Below, piece by piece: positions 15,997 to 24,562 of a DNA stretch of 45,872 nucleotides. Below the pieces are notes generated by a model. The model did not search any database. It saw only the letters and a list, made by a program, of their open reading frames with translations, and was not told the origin of the DNA. The DNA comes from Acidimicrobiaceae bacterium (GTDB taxonomy: Bacteria; Actinomycetota; Acidimicrobiia; Acidimicrobiales; Bog-793), in contig DAHWHN010000132.1 of NCBI GenBank assembly GCA_027335685.1, positions 1 through 45,872 of the forward strand, in the 5' to 3' direction. Position 1 is the stretch's first letter; every line of letters starts with the position of its first letter. The position numbers and the translations under genes were made by a program.

Positions 15997-16036
15997 GTAC
16001 AGGGACATAGGGACATAGGGACATAGGGACAGGGAG
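15975..16036. repeat. compound tandem repeat: GGGCATAGGTAC(CA) x2 then GGGACATA x3.5 (CATAGG five times)
   Basis: 12-mers at 15975-15986 and 15989-16000. 8-mers at 16002-16009, 16010-16017 and 16018-16025, plus a partial copy. It spans the DUF1876 TAG (15994-15996) and ends at the GGGAG Shine-Dalgarno of the SDR gene. Confidence 0.8.
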
Positions 16037-16042
16037 CTGAAC

Positions 16043-16780
16043 GTGGACCTCGCGGGATCGGTGTGCGTCGTGACCGGCGCGTCCTCCGGCATCGGCGCCG
16101 CGACGGCACGACGGCTCGCCGGCGCCGGTGCCGTCGTCGTTCTCGCGGCCCGGCGCGCCGACCGGATCGCGGCGCTCGCCGCCGAGCTGCCGCGAGCGCT
16201 CGCCGTCCCGACGGACGTCACGGTGCCGGCACAGCTCACCGATCTCGTCGGTCGGGCTCTCGAGGTCGACGGCCGGATCGACGCGCTCGTGAACAACGCC
16301 GGTCAGGGGCTGCACGTACCGCTCGCAGACGTCGCGCTCGACGACCTGCGGGCAATCCTCGAGCTCAACCTCGTCGCGCCGCTCGCCGCCATGCAGGCCG
16401 TGCTGCCGACGATGCGAGCCGCAGGAGCCGGAGCCGTCGTGAACGTCTCGTCGGCCACCTCCTTGCACCTGCGGGCGGGCCTCGGGGCGTACACGGCGAG
16501 CAAGGCGGCGCTCAACGCGCTGACCGAGGTCGGACGGCTCGAGCTCGCCGGCGCGGGCATCGTCGTGTCGGCCGTCTACCCGGCCTTGACGGCGACGGAG
16601 TTCCACGACCACCTGCGCGCCGGGGCGATCGTTCCAGGCGGCCGCCGCGGCGACCCGGATCCGCCCGAGCTCGCCGCCGAGGCCGTCGCGTTCGCGCTCA
16701 CGACGGGCACGCCGCACGTGCTCGTCGCGGACCCGCCGCACGCCATCGCCTGCCCGGTCGGCCTCGCGCGCGACGCCTGA
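16043..16780 (+). CDS. short-chain dehydrogenase/reductase (SDR)
   Basis: TGASSGIGAATARRLA, NNAG, YTASKAAL. GTG start 7 nt after GGGAG. Confidence 0.9.
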   Translation: MDLAGSVCVVTGASSGIGAATARRLAGAGAVVVLAARRADRIAALAAELPRALAVPTDVTVPAQLTDLVGRALEVDGRIDALVNNAGQGLHVPLADVALDDLRAILELNLVAPLAAMQAVLPTMRAAGAGAVVNVSSATSLHLRAGLGAYTASKAALNALTEVGRLELAGAGIVVSAVYPALTATEFHDHLRAGAIVPGGRRGDPDPPELAAEAVAFALTTGTPHVLVADPPHAIACPVGLARDA

Positions 16781-16798
16781 CGGGACGCACACGACGGC

Positions 16799-17797
16799 TC
16801 AGGTGCGCGTGCGGGTCCACGGGTCCGCTCCTGCGCCCGCCGCACGCGTGGACCGGCACCGGCGCCGGCGCCGGTCAGGTCGTGCACGATATGTGCACGT
16901 TGCAGGGCTCTTGTCGTCGTGGGTCGAGCGGTCCTCGGCGCAGAGCAGCTCGGCGGCGGACGGCATGCCCGCGTCGAGCCACTGGCGCGTGCGGCGGTAG
17001 CCGAGGTCGGCGAGGCGTCCCGACTGGTCGAGCGCGGCGAAGGGCACCGTCACCTCGAGCGGCGGGACGACGGTGACCTGCACGCCGTCCCCGGCGCAGG
17101 CAGAGGGCGAGACGGGGGCGATACGGCGGAGGCTGTCGAGCTGCGCGGGCGCCGTGGCGAGGACGAGCACGTCCGTGCTCCCGAGCGCGACCGCCTCGCG
17201 CAGCGGGACGTCCGACGCGACCGCTCCGTCGACGAGCAGGCGACCCTCGACTGAGACGGGCGGGAGCAGGCCGGGCACGGCGCTGCTCGCGAGAAGGGCC
17301 GTCGTGGCGTCCCCCGAGCAGAGCAGCACAGGTTCGCGCGACCCGAGGTCGGTGGCCACGACGGCGAGGGGAACCGGAGACTGCTCGAGCAGGTCGAAGC
17401 CGACGAAGGAGTCGAGCAGTTGGCGCAGCGGCCCTGGGTCGAACAGGTAGCGCTGTCGCCCGGCCAGTCCGCGCGCGAGCGTGCGGGGGTGCAAGCCGAG
17501 GACGTCGCGGCGCCGGAGCGTCGACCAGAGCCGCGCGATCTCGGCAGCGCCGTCGGGGCCGGGATGCCCGGCGAGGAACGCGCCGTTGATCGCGCCGATC
17601 GAGGTTCCGACGATGAGGCCGGGCTCGACGCCGGCCTCCGCGAGGGCGCGGAGCATGCCGACCTGGAGGGCACCGAGGTTCCCGCCGCCGCTCAGCACGA
17701 ACGTCGGCCCCGCGAGCGTCGGTCCGTCGGTCAACGGTGCTCGCTGCGCGCCGTGCCGATCCACGCCTGCGAGGCGACATTCCATATTCATCTGCAA
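16799..17797 (-). CDS. patatin-like phospholipase
   Basis: SGGGNLGA (oxyanion), GTSIGAING (GxSxG), VDGAVASD (DGA). The C-terminal ~40 aa are Arg-rich and atypical. Alternative starts are 17791, 17785 and GTG 17764. Confidence 0.8.
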   Translation of the reverse strand: MQMNMECRLAGVDRHGAQRAPLTDGPTLAGPTFVLSGGGNLGALQVGMLRALAEAGVEPGLIVGTSIGAINGAFLAGHPGPDGAAEIARLWSTLRRRDVLGLHPRTLARGLAGRQRYLFDPGPLRQLLDSFVGFDLLEQSPVPLAVVATDLGSREPVLLCSGDATTALLASSAVPGLLPPVSVEGRLLVDGAVASDVPLREAVALGSTDVLVLATAPAQLDSLRRIAPVSPSACAGDGVQVTVVPPLEVTVPFAALDQSGRLADLGYRRTRQWLDAGMPSAAELLCAEDRSTHDDKSPATCTYRARPDRRRRRCRSTRAAGAGADPWTRTRT

Positions 17798-17889
17798 CTT
17801 GGATGTCCCTGGCGGCTATTCCCGCCGGGAGCCGGCGCGAAGCAGGCCGGGAGCCGACGCGGCCTGCGGCCGTGCCGCGATAGCGTCGC

Positions 17890-18717
17890 GTGATGCCGAT
17901 CCCTCCGGTCGTCGACGTCGCGTGGCTCGAGGCGGCCTCCCCGTCCGTGGTGCTCGCCGACGTCCGCTGGTACCTCGACGGCCGGTCAGGCAGAGCTGCC
18001 TACGATGCGGGGCACCTGCCGGGCGCGATCTTCGTCGACGTCGAGCGTGACCTCGCCGGGCCGCCCGATCCGCGACACGGCCGGCATCCGCTGCCGTCGC
18101 CGGAGTCCTTTGCCGAGGCGTTGTGCCGTCTCGGGATCGGCGACGACGACGTCGTCGTGGGCTACGACGACGACGGGGGCGTGATCGCCGCCCGCCTGGT
18201 CTGGATGCTGCGCGTGACCGGCCGCCCCGCGGCGGTCCTCGACGGGGGCGTCGCGTGCTGGCCCGGCGAGCTCGAGGCACGCCCGAGCGTGCGGCCGCGC
18301 GCGGTTGCGACCGCGCGGGCGTGGCCGGTCGGTCGTCTCGCGTCGGCCGACGACGTCGCGACGGGCGCCCATCTCGTCCTCGACGCGCGCGCCGCCGAGC
18401 GCTACAGCGGGGCGCACGAGCCGGTCGACCCGCGTGCGGGTCACGCGCCCGGCGCGCGCAGCCTGCCGTGCCGGGAGAACCTCGACGAGTCGGGTCGCTT
18501 CCTCGCCGTCGCGCAGCTGCGTCGACGCTTCGCGTCGCTCGGCGTGTCGGCCGAGTCGAGCGTCGTCGCGTACTGCGGCTCGGGGGTGACGGCCTGCCAC
18601 GACCTGCTCGCCCTCGAGCACGCGGGCTTCGGCCCGGGTCGGCTGTACCCCGGTTCGTGGTCGCAATGGAGCAACGACCCGGCGCGCCCCGTGGCGAGCG
18701 GGCCCGACCCGGGCTGA
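17890..18717 (+). CDS. sseA: two-domain rhodanese sulfurtransferase (thiosulfate/3-mercaptopyruvate type)
   Basis: YDAGHLPGAIFVD, ERYSG...DPRAGHAPGA, active-site loop YCGSGVTAC, and YPGSWSQWS. GTG 17890 is directly followed by ATG 17893. Confidence 0.9.
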   Translation: MMPIPPVVDVAWLEAASPSVVLADVRWYLDGRSGRAAYDAGHLPGAIFVDVERDLAGPPDPRHGRHPLPSPESFAEALCRLGIGDDDVVVGYDDDGGVIAARLVWMLRVTGRPAAVLDGGVACWPGELEARPSVRPRAVATARAWPVGRLASADDVATGAHLVLDARAAERYSGAHEPVDPRAGHAPGARSLPCRENLDESGRFLAVAQLRRRFASLGVSAESSVVAYCGSGVTACHDLLALEHAGFGPGRLYPGSWSQWSNDPARPVASGPDPG

Positions 18718-18744
18718 GCGGGCCGCAATCGGGGCGCGTGCCGC

Positions 18745-18784
18745 TCGCCTCGCCTCGCCTCGCCTCGCCTCGCCTCAACTCGAT
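18745..18784. repeat. pentanucleotide microsatellite (TCGCC)6 plus two degenerate units
   Basis: Perfect copies at 18745-18774, then TCAAC and TCGAT. The array ends 23 nt (18785-18807) upstream of the PAS-MCP ATG at 18808. Confidence 0.85.
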
Positions 18785-18807
18785 CGCGCGCGGACCGTTA
18801 GGCGTGC

Positions 18808-19878
18808 ATGAGCGCATTCGCAGTCGACGAGCTCGCGACGACGCCGCCATCGGCCGCGGGGCTGCCGAGCTCGCGTGGGCGCGAGCCCGTGGACGACCTT
18901 CTCGGTCGCGCCGGCATCGCCCGCCTCGTTCTCGAGGCGCTCCCGGCGAACGTGCTCATCGCGAACCCCCAGCTCGAGCTCGTCTACCTGAACCCCTTCG
19001 CGGCGCGGACGATGCACGCGCTCGGCGGGGCGGTCCAGGCAGCGTTCGGTGTCCGCGAGGGCCAGCTCCTCGGCGGCAGCATCCACCGGTTCCACAAGAA
19101 CCCGGCTCGCGTCGAGGGGATCCTCCGCTCGCGCGCGTCGCTTCCCCACGAGGCGGAGCTGGGCTTCGGTGGCGTCACGCTCCACGCCGCGATCAACGAG
19201 GTGCGCGATCCCTCCGACGAGCTCGTCTGCTTCGTCGTCGTGCTCGACGACGTCTCGGCCAAGCGCGCCGCCGAGCTGCGCGCCGCCGAGCTCGCCCAAA
19301 GCGTCAGTCAGTTCGAGCAGGTCAACGGCACCATCCAGACGATCGCCGCCGCGACCGAGCAGATGTTGGCAAGCGTCGCCGAGATCGCCCGGAGCGCGGG
19401 CCAGGCCACCTCGACGGCCAAGGAGGCCGTGCGGGCCGCCGCGGAGACCGAGGCGACGGTGTCGAGCCTCGGCGAGGCGAGCGCGCAGATCGGCTCGGTC
19501 GTCAAGCTGATCACCGAGATCGCGAGCCAGACGAACCTGCTCGCGCTCAACGCGACGATCGAGGCCGCCCGCGCCGGCGACGCGGGGCGGGGCTTCGCTG
19601 TCGTCGCGAGCGAGGTGAAAGAGCTGGCTCGCGGCACGGCGGAGGCCACGGGCAAGATCGGCAACATCGTCGAGGAGATCAAGCGCAACACCGCGAGCGC
19701 GGTCGGGGCGATCTCGTCGATCTCGGGCGTCATCGGCCGGATCGACGAGATGCAGGGCACGATCGCCGCCGCGGTCGAGGAGCAGAGCGCGGTGACAGGC
19801 GAGATCAGCCGCAACCTCGCCGAGGTCTCGAGCAGGGTCGACGAGATCCTCCGGATCGCCGGGGCGACAACGGCGTGA
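18808..19878 (+). CDS. soluble PAS-domain methyl-accepting chemotaxis protein (no TM segments)
   Basis: An N-terminal PAS-like region ([17 protein letters not shown]...VVVLDDVS) is followed by a short MCP signalling domain with the tip [31 protein letters not shown]. Confidence 0.85.
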   Translation: MSAFAVDELATTPPSAAGLPSSRGREPVDDLLGRAGIARLVLEALPANVLIANPQLELVYLNPFAARTMHALGGAVQAAFGVREGQLLGGSIHRFHKNPARVEGILRSRASLPHEAELGFGGVTLHAAINEVRDPSDELVCFVVVLDDVSAKRAAELRAAELAQSVSQFEQVNGTIQTIAAATEQMLASVAEIARSAGQATSTAKEAVRAAAETEATVSSLGEASAQIGSVVKLITEIASQTNLLALNATIEAARAGDAGRGFAVVASEVKELARGTAEATGKIGNIVEEIKRNTASAVGAISSISGVIGRIDEMQGTIAAAVEEQSAVTGEISRNLAEVSSRVDEILRIAGATTA

Positions 19879-19881
19879 CCG

Positions 19882-19908
19882 CAGGCCGGGACGTCGCGTC
19901 CCGGCCTG
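19882..19908 (+). terminator. strong GC hairpin (12-bp perfect stem, 3-nt loop) 3 nt after the MCP stop
   Basis: CAGGCCGGGACG-TCG-CGTCCCGGCCTG. There is no U-tail, as is common in high-GC actinobacteria. Confidence 0.6.
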
Positions 19909-19982
19909 GGGCCGGCGCCCCGGTTCGAGGACCCCACGGGCTGGCCAGGTAGAGTGGCTGGCGATGGAGGTCCTGACCTGAG

Positions 19983-21371
19983 ATGAGCCGGGCCCTCCAG
20001 CTCGACCTGTACGAGATCACGATGGCCTCGAGCTACATCCGGCGCTCGATGGTCGGCCCGGCCACCTTCAGCCTCTCGGTCCGCAGGCTGCCCGCCGGGT
20101 GGGGGTACCTCGTCGCTGGTGGCCTCGCAGACTGCCTCGCCTACCTCGAGCAGGTGTCGTTCGACGACGACGACCTCGCCTACCTCGACAGCGTCGGGAT
20201 CGACGGCGAGACCCTCCGGGCTCTCGCGGGGCTCCGCTTCACCGGCGACGTGTGGGCCGTCCCCGAGGGGACGGTCGTCTTCGCGGGCGAGCCGCTGCTC
20301 GAGGTGACCGCACCGCTGCCCGAGGCGCAGCTCGTCGAGACGTACCTGCTCAATATGTGCACGTTCCAGACGGCCGTGGCGACCAAGGCGGCGCGCTGCG
20401 TGAGCGCGGCCGCGGGCCGGATCGCCCTCGTCGACTTCAGCCTCCGGCGGACCCAGGGCATGGACGCCGGGCTCTCGGTCGCTCGTCTCTCGGCCATGTG
20501 CGGCTTCGTCGGCACGAGCAACGTCGACGCGGCGCGCCGGTTCGGGCTCGAGCCCTCGGGCACGATGGCGCACTCCTACGTCGAGGCCTTCGAGGACGAG
20601 CGGGAGGCCTTCGCGAGCTTCGCGCGCGACCATCCCAAGCGCGCGACGTTCCTCGTCGACACCTACGACCCGGTCGCAGGCGTGCGACGCGCGATCGAGG
20701 TGATCACCGCCCACGGCCTGCAGTCGAGCGCGGCCGTGCGCATCGACAGCGGCGACCTCGGCGCCCTTGCCCGCGCGGCGCGCTCCGAGCTCGACCGTGC
20801 AGGCCTCGGGGAGGTCCGCATCTTCGTCTCCGGAGGCCTCGACGAGCACGACCTCGCACGCTTCGTCGCCGCCGGCGACCCGATCGACGCGGCGGGCGTC
20901 GGGACGCGCCTCGGTGTCGTCGCGGACGCGCCGTACCTCGACTCGACCTACAAGCTCGTCGAGTATGCGGGCCGGTCCGTCGCGAAGCTCTCCACCGGCA
21001 AGGCGACCCTGCCCGGGGCGAAGCAGGTCCTGCGCCGCCCCGGCTACGCGGACCGGATCGCGCGCCGCGGCGAGGAGCCCGAGCCGGGGGAGGAGCCGCT
21101 CCTCGAGCTCGTCATGGGCTCGGGGCGGCGCGTCCGGCCGAGCGAGCCGCTCGCGGCGAGCCGGGAGCGTGTCGCCTCGGAGCTCGCCCGGCTCCCCGAG
21201 CGTGTCCGCGCGCTCACCGGAGCGGTCGCGCCGACCCCGACCCCGACCCCGGCGCTCCGGGCCCTCACCGACGAGGTCTGGGGGGCCGCGCGCCGGCCGT
21301 CGGGCCGGCCCGGTGCCCGCGTCGGTGGAGCCGCCGCCGATCCCGCCGCCGATCCCGCCGTCGAGCCCTGA
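19983..21371 (+). CDS. pncB: nicotinate phosphoribosyltransferase
   Basis: LQLDLYEITMASSY, VDFSLRRTQG, GTSNV, GTMAHSY, LVDTYD, IRIDSGD-like (VRIDSGD). GGAGG lies 13 nt upstream. Confidence 0.9.
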   Translation: MSRALQLDLYEITMASSYIRRSMVGPATFSLSVRRLPAGWGYLVAGGLADCLAYLEQVSFDDDDLAYLDSVGIDGETLRALAGLRFTGDVWAVPEGTVVFAGEPLLEVTAPLPEAQLVETYLLNMCTFQTAVATKAARCVSAAAGRIALVDFSLRRTQGMDAGLSVARLSAMCGFVGTSNVDAARRFGLEPSGTMAHSYVEAFEDEREAFASFARDHPKRATFLVDTYDPVAGVRRAIEVITAHGLQSSAAVRIDSGDLGALARAARSELDRAGLGEVRIFVSGGLDEHDLARFVAAGDPIDAAGVGTRLGVVADAPYLDSTYKLVEYAGRSVAKLSTGKATLPGAKQVLRRPGYADRIARRGEEPEPGEEPLLELVMGSGRRVRPSEPLAASRERVASELARLPERVRALTGAVAPTPTPTPALRALTDEVWGAARRPSGRPGARVGGAAADPAADPAVEP

Positions 21372-21381
21372 TCGCCGGCGC

Positions 21382-22755
21382 GTGCAGTCGCGCTCCGCCC
21401 GTCGCGCGACGCCCTGGGGCGCGATCGGGCGTCAGCTCGCTCGCTCGCTCGCCGTCCGGGACTTCCGGCGGTGGTTCGTGAGCCAGGTCGTCTCGACCTC
21501 GGGCACGATGACCCAGTCGGTCGCGCAGGCGTGGCTCGTGCTCCGGCTCTCCGGTCGCGGGATCGATCTCGGCCTCGTGTCCGCCTTCACGATGGTGCCC
21601 GTGCTGCTCGGCTCGCCGCTCGCCGGCGCGGTCGTCGACCGGGTCGACAAGCGCCGGCTCCTGATCGGCACGCAGGCGAGCTTCACGGCACTCGCCCTCC
21701 TGCTCGGCGCGCTCACCTCGAGCGGGTTGGTCCGGCTCTGGATGGTCTTCGCGCTCGCCGGCGCGCTCGGGGTCGTCAGCGCGCTCGACGGGCCGGCCCG
21801 CCAGGTCTACGTCCTCGACCTCGTCGGCACGGAGGGCGCCGGCAACGCGATCGGGCTCAACGAGGTCGTCCTCAACGTCTCGCGTGTCCTCGGGCCCGCC
21901 ACCGGTGGCGTGCTGCTCGCGACGATCGGCGTCGCGGCCTGCTTCTACGTCAACGCCGCGACCTTCGTCTTTCCCGTCGCCGTCCTCGTCGCGCAGGGCC
22001 GGCACGCGCCAGGCCGAGCCACGGGCGCACCGGCGCGGGCGCGCCGGGGCCGACCTCGGCCCATCACCGGGTCCAGGGCGCCCGCGCCCGCGGCCGTGCC
22101 GTGGCGTGCCGGGAGCGGGCGCGGGCTGCGCGAGGGCCTCGCCTACGCCTGGCGGACGCCGGTCATCCGCTACGGGCTGCTCCTCGCGGCGTCGAGCGGC
22201 ATGCTGTTCAACCTCAGCGTCGCGCTGCCGCTGCTCGCGACGCAGGACTTCCATGCCGGCGGCGGCGGCTACGGCGCGCTGCTCGCGACGTTCGGCATCG
22301 GGGCGATCGGTGGAGCCGGCCTGGCGGCGTCTGCGGGCGAGCGACCCTCGGGACGGCGCGTGCGGCTGCTCGCGCTCGTGACCGGAGCGTCCGTGCTCGT
22401 CGGCGCGGTCATGCCGGACCTTGCCGCAGAGCTCGTCGCCCTCACCGTCGTCGGTCTCAGCTCGATCTGGTTCATCGCGCTCGCGAACACGGTCGTGCAG
22501 CTGCGGTCGGCTCCCGCGCTGCGCGGCCGGATGATGGGCCTGTGGGTGATGGCGCTCCCCGGTCTCGGGGCCGTGACCGGACCGCTCACCGGGTGGGTCG
22601 CGCAGGCTCTCGGTGCGCGGGCGGCCTTCGGCCTCGCCGGCGTCGCGCTGCTCGCGAGCGGCGCCGCGGGGTGGCGTGCCTACGGCGCCGCGGACCTCGA
22701 CGACCTCGGCGGTCCGGAGCCGGTCGTGCCAAGAGCCGGGACTGCGCCGACGTGA
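21382..22755 (+). CDS. MFS transporter (EntS/MFS_3-like, 12-TM)
   Basis: FRRWFVSQVVSTSGTMTQSVAQAWLVL, PLAGAVVDRVDKRRLL. GTG 21382 lies 10 nt after the pncB stop. A long Arg-rich central loop is present. Confidence 0.8.
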   Translation: MQSRSARRATPWGAIGRQLARSLAVRDFRRWFVSQVVSTSGTMTQSVAQAWLVLRLSGRGIDLGLVSAFTMVPVLLGSPLAGAVVDRVDKRRLLIGTQASFTALALLLGALTSSGLVRLWMVFALAGALGVVSALDGPARQVYVLDLVGTEGAGNAIGLNEVVLNVSRVLGPATGGVLLATIGVAACFYVNAATFVFPVAVLVAQGRHAPGRATGAPARARRGRPRPITGSRAPAPAAVPWRAGSGRGLREGLAYAWRTPVIRYGLLLAASSGMLFNLSVALPLLATQDFHAGGGGYGALLATFGIGAIGGAGLAASAGERPSGRRVRLLALVTGASVLVGAVMPDLAAELVALTVVGLSSIWFIALANTVVQLRSAPALRGRMMGLWVMALPGLGAVTGPLTGWVAQALGARAAFGLAGVALLASGAAGWRAYGAADLDDLGGPEPVVPRAGTAPT

Positions 22756-22834
22756 GCGCCACGGTCGCGGCGCGCGTCCCGACGCGGGCCGACGAGCGTG
22801 CGCCTGCGGACGCTGCACTCTAGGCTCGGCCGCC

Positions 22835-24562
22835 GTGAACGAGGAGACGACTGGTGGGGGCGCACGGCACGGCCGCGAGGCGCCCCTCGCGATCGGTATC
22901 GACTACGGGACCGAGTCCGGCCGCGTGCTCGTCCTCGACCTCGCGTCGGGTGCGGAGCTCGCTGTGTCCGAGGTCCGCTACCCGCACGGCGTCATCGAGG
23001 GGACCCTCCCCGCGACTGGCGAGCCCCTCGGCCCCGACTGGGCACTGCAGGACCCGCTCGACTACGTCGAGGTCCTCGAGCGCGGGGTGCCCGAGGCGCT
23101 GGCACGCGCGGGGGTCGACCCGGCTCGCGTCGTCGGGCTCGGCATCGACGTGACCTCGTGCACCGTGCTGCCCGCGACCGCCGACGGCACGCCGCTGTGC
23201 ACGATGCCGCAGTGGCGCAGCCACCCGCACGCGTGGCCGAAGCTGTGGAAGCACCACGGCGCCCAGGGCTACGCCGACCGCCTCACCGAGGTCGCGCTCG
23301 AGCGCGGCGAGCCCTTCCTCGCCCGCTACGGCGGCCGCATCTCCTCGGAGTGGTACTTCCCGAAGCTGCTCGAGGTCTTCCACGACGACCGCGCCGTCTA
23401 CGACGCGACGGACGCGTTCGTCGAGGCGACGGACTGGATCGTCTGGCACTGCACGGGGGCGCTCGTCCGCTCGGCCTGCGCCGCGGGCTACAAGGCGTTC
23501 TGGTCGGAGGGGTCCGGGCTGCCGCCTGTCGCGTACTTCAGCGCCGCCTACCCGGGCTTCGACCGCCCGGGCGACAAGCTCGGACGCGCGTTCGCGCCGC
23601 TCGGCGGACGTGCCGGGACGCTCCGAGCGGAGGTCGCGTCCCGCCTCGGCCTGCCCGCCTCGGTCGCCGTGGCGGTCGGCAACGTCGACTCCTTCGTGTC
23701 CGTGCCCGGCGCCGGCGTCGAGAGCCCGGGAACCTTCGTCATGGTCATCGGGACCTCGATCTGCGACATGGTCGTCAACCCGAGCGAGGTGCTCCTCCCC
23801 GGCATCACCGGCGTCGTCGCCGACGGCATCTTGCCCGGCTCCTTCGGCTACGAGGCGGGCCAGCCGGCGGTCGGGGACATGTTCGCCTGGTACGTGGACC
23901 GCCTCCTCGGCACGCCCGCCGCCGAGCGCGCCGCGCGCTACCGCGCGCTCGAGGAGGCTGCGGACGCCCTGGCGCCCGGGGCGACCGGCCTCGTCGCGCT
24001 CGACTGGTGGAACGGCAACCGGTCGGTGCTCGCGGATGCGGACCTGTCCGGGGTGCTCCTCGGGGTGACCCTCTCGACGAGCGCGCCGGAGGTCTACCGG
24101 GCCCTGCTCGAGGCGGTCGCGTTCGGCAACCGCAGGATCGTCGACAACTTCGCGGAGCACGGGCTCGCGGTCGACTCGATCGTCGCGTGCGGCGGTATCG
24201 CGGAGAAGAGCCCCGGGCTCATGCAGATGCTCGCGGACACGACGGGCCGCCCCGTCGCGGTGGCGGGCTCGCCGCAGATCCCGGCGCGCGGCTCCGCGTT
24301 GTTCGGCGCCGTCGCCGCCGGGGCCGAGGCCGGCGGCTTCGACGACATCGTCGCCGCGGTCCGGGCGCTCGCGCCGCCCGTCGCGCGGACCTACGCGCCC
24401 GATCGGGAGGCCGGTGCCGTCTACGACGAGGTCTACGCGGTCCACCGCGGCCTGCACGACCTGCTCGGTCGGGAGCACGTCGGATGGATGCACGGCCTGA
24501 AAGAGCTCCGGCGCAGGGTCGCAGCGTCGGCGCCGGGAACCGGGACAGGAGCGACGAGCTGA
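22835..24562 (+). CDS. araB: ribulokinase (FGGY family)
   Basis: GIDYGTESGR, SEWYFPKLLEV, GTSICDM, LDWWNGNRS, CGGIAEKSP. GTG at 22835 (residue 75 of the track ORF). Confidence 0.9.
   Translation: MNEETTGGGARHGREAPLAIGIDYGTESGRVLVLDLASGAELAVSEVRYPHGVIEGTLPATGEPLGPDWALQDPLDYVEVLERGVPEALARAGVDPARVVGLGIDVTSCTVLPATADGTPLCTMPQWRSHPHAWPKLWKHHGAQGYADRLTEVALERGEPFLARYGGRISSEWYFPKLLEVFHDDRAVYDATDAFVEATDWIVWHCTGALVRSACAAGYKAFWSEGSGLPPVAYFSAAYPGFDRPGDKLGRAFAPLGGRAGTLRAEVASRLGLPASVAVAVGNVDSFVSVPGAGVESPGTFVMVIGTSICDMVVNPSEVLLPGITGVVADGILPGSFGYEAGQPAVGDMFAWYVDRLLGTPAAERAARYRALEEAADALAPGATGLVALDWWNGNRSVLADADLSGVLLGVTLSTSAPEVYRALLEAVAFGNRRIVDNFAEHGLAVDSIVACGGIAEKSPGLMQMLADTTGRPVAVAGSPQIPARGSALFGAVAAGAEAGGFDDIVAAVRALAPPVARTYAPDREAGAVYDEVYAVHRGLHDLLGREHVGWMHGLKELRRRVAASAPGTGTGATS

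Noticed and set aside
15975-16036. Whether any of the tandem arrays (15975, 10737, 18745, 7851, 26838) is a CRISPR array
   Set aside because: The units are only 5-15 bp long and directly abut each other with no unique spacers. No cas genes are present, so these are not CRISPR arrays.
16889-16901. 13-mer ATATGTGCACGTT shared between the patatin tail (16889-16901) and pncB (20353-20365)
   Set aside because: In pncB it encodes a conserved-looking NMCTF segment. A single shared 13-mer in about 46 kb is within chance expectation, and there is no flanking similarity.
19917-19935. GGTTCGAGG sequence resembling a tRNA T-loop after the MCP terminator
   Set aside because: The flanking bases do not form the required 5-bp T-stem (CCCGG versus ACCCC). 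No acceptor or anticodon arms could be drawn, so it is not a tRNA.
19950-19955. TAGAGT as a pncB -10 element
   Set aside because: It is plausible, but no acceptable -35 lies at 16-19 nt. The gene also has its own GGAGG leader, so the evidence is too weak to list as a feature.
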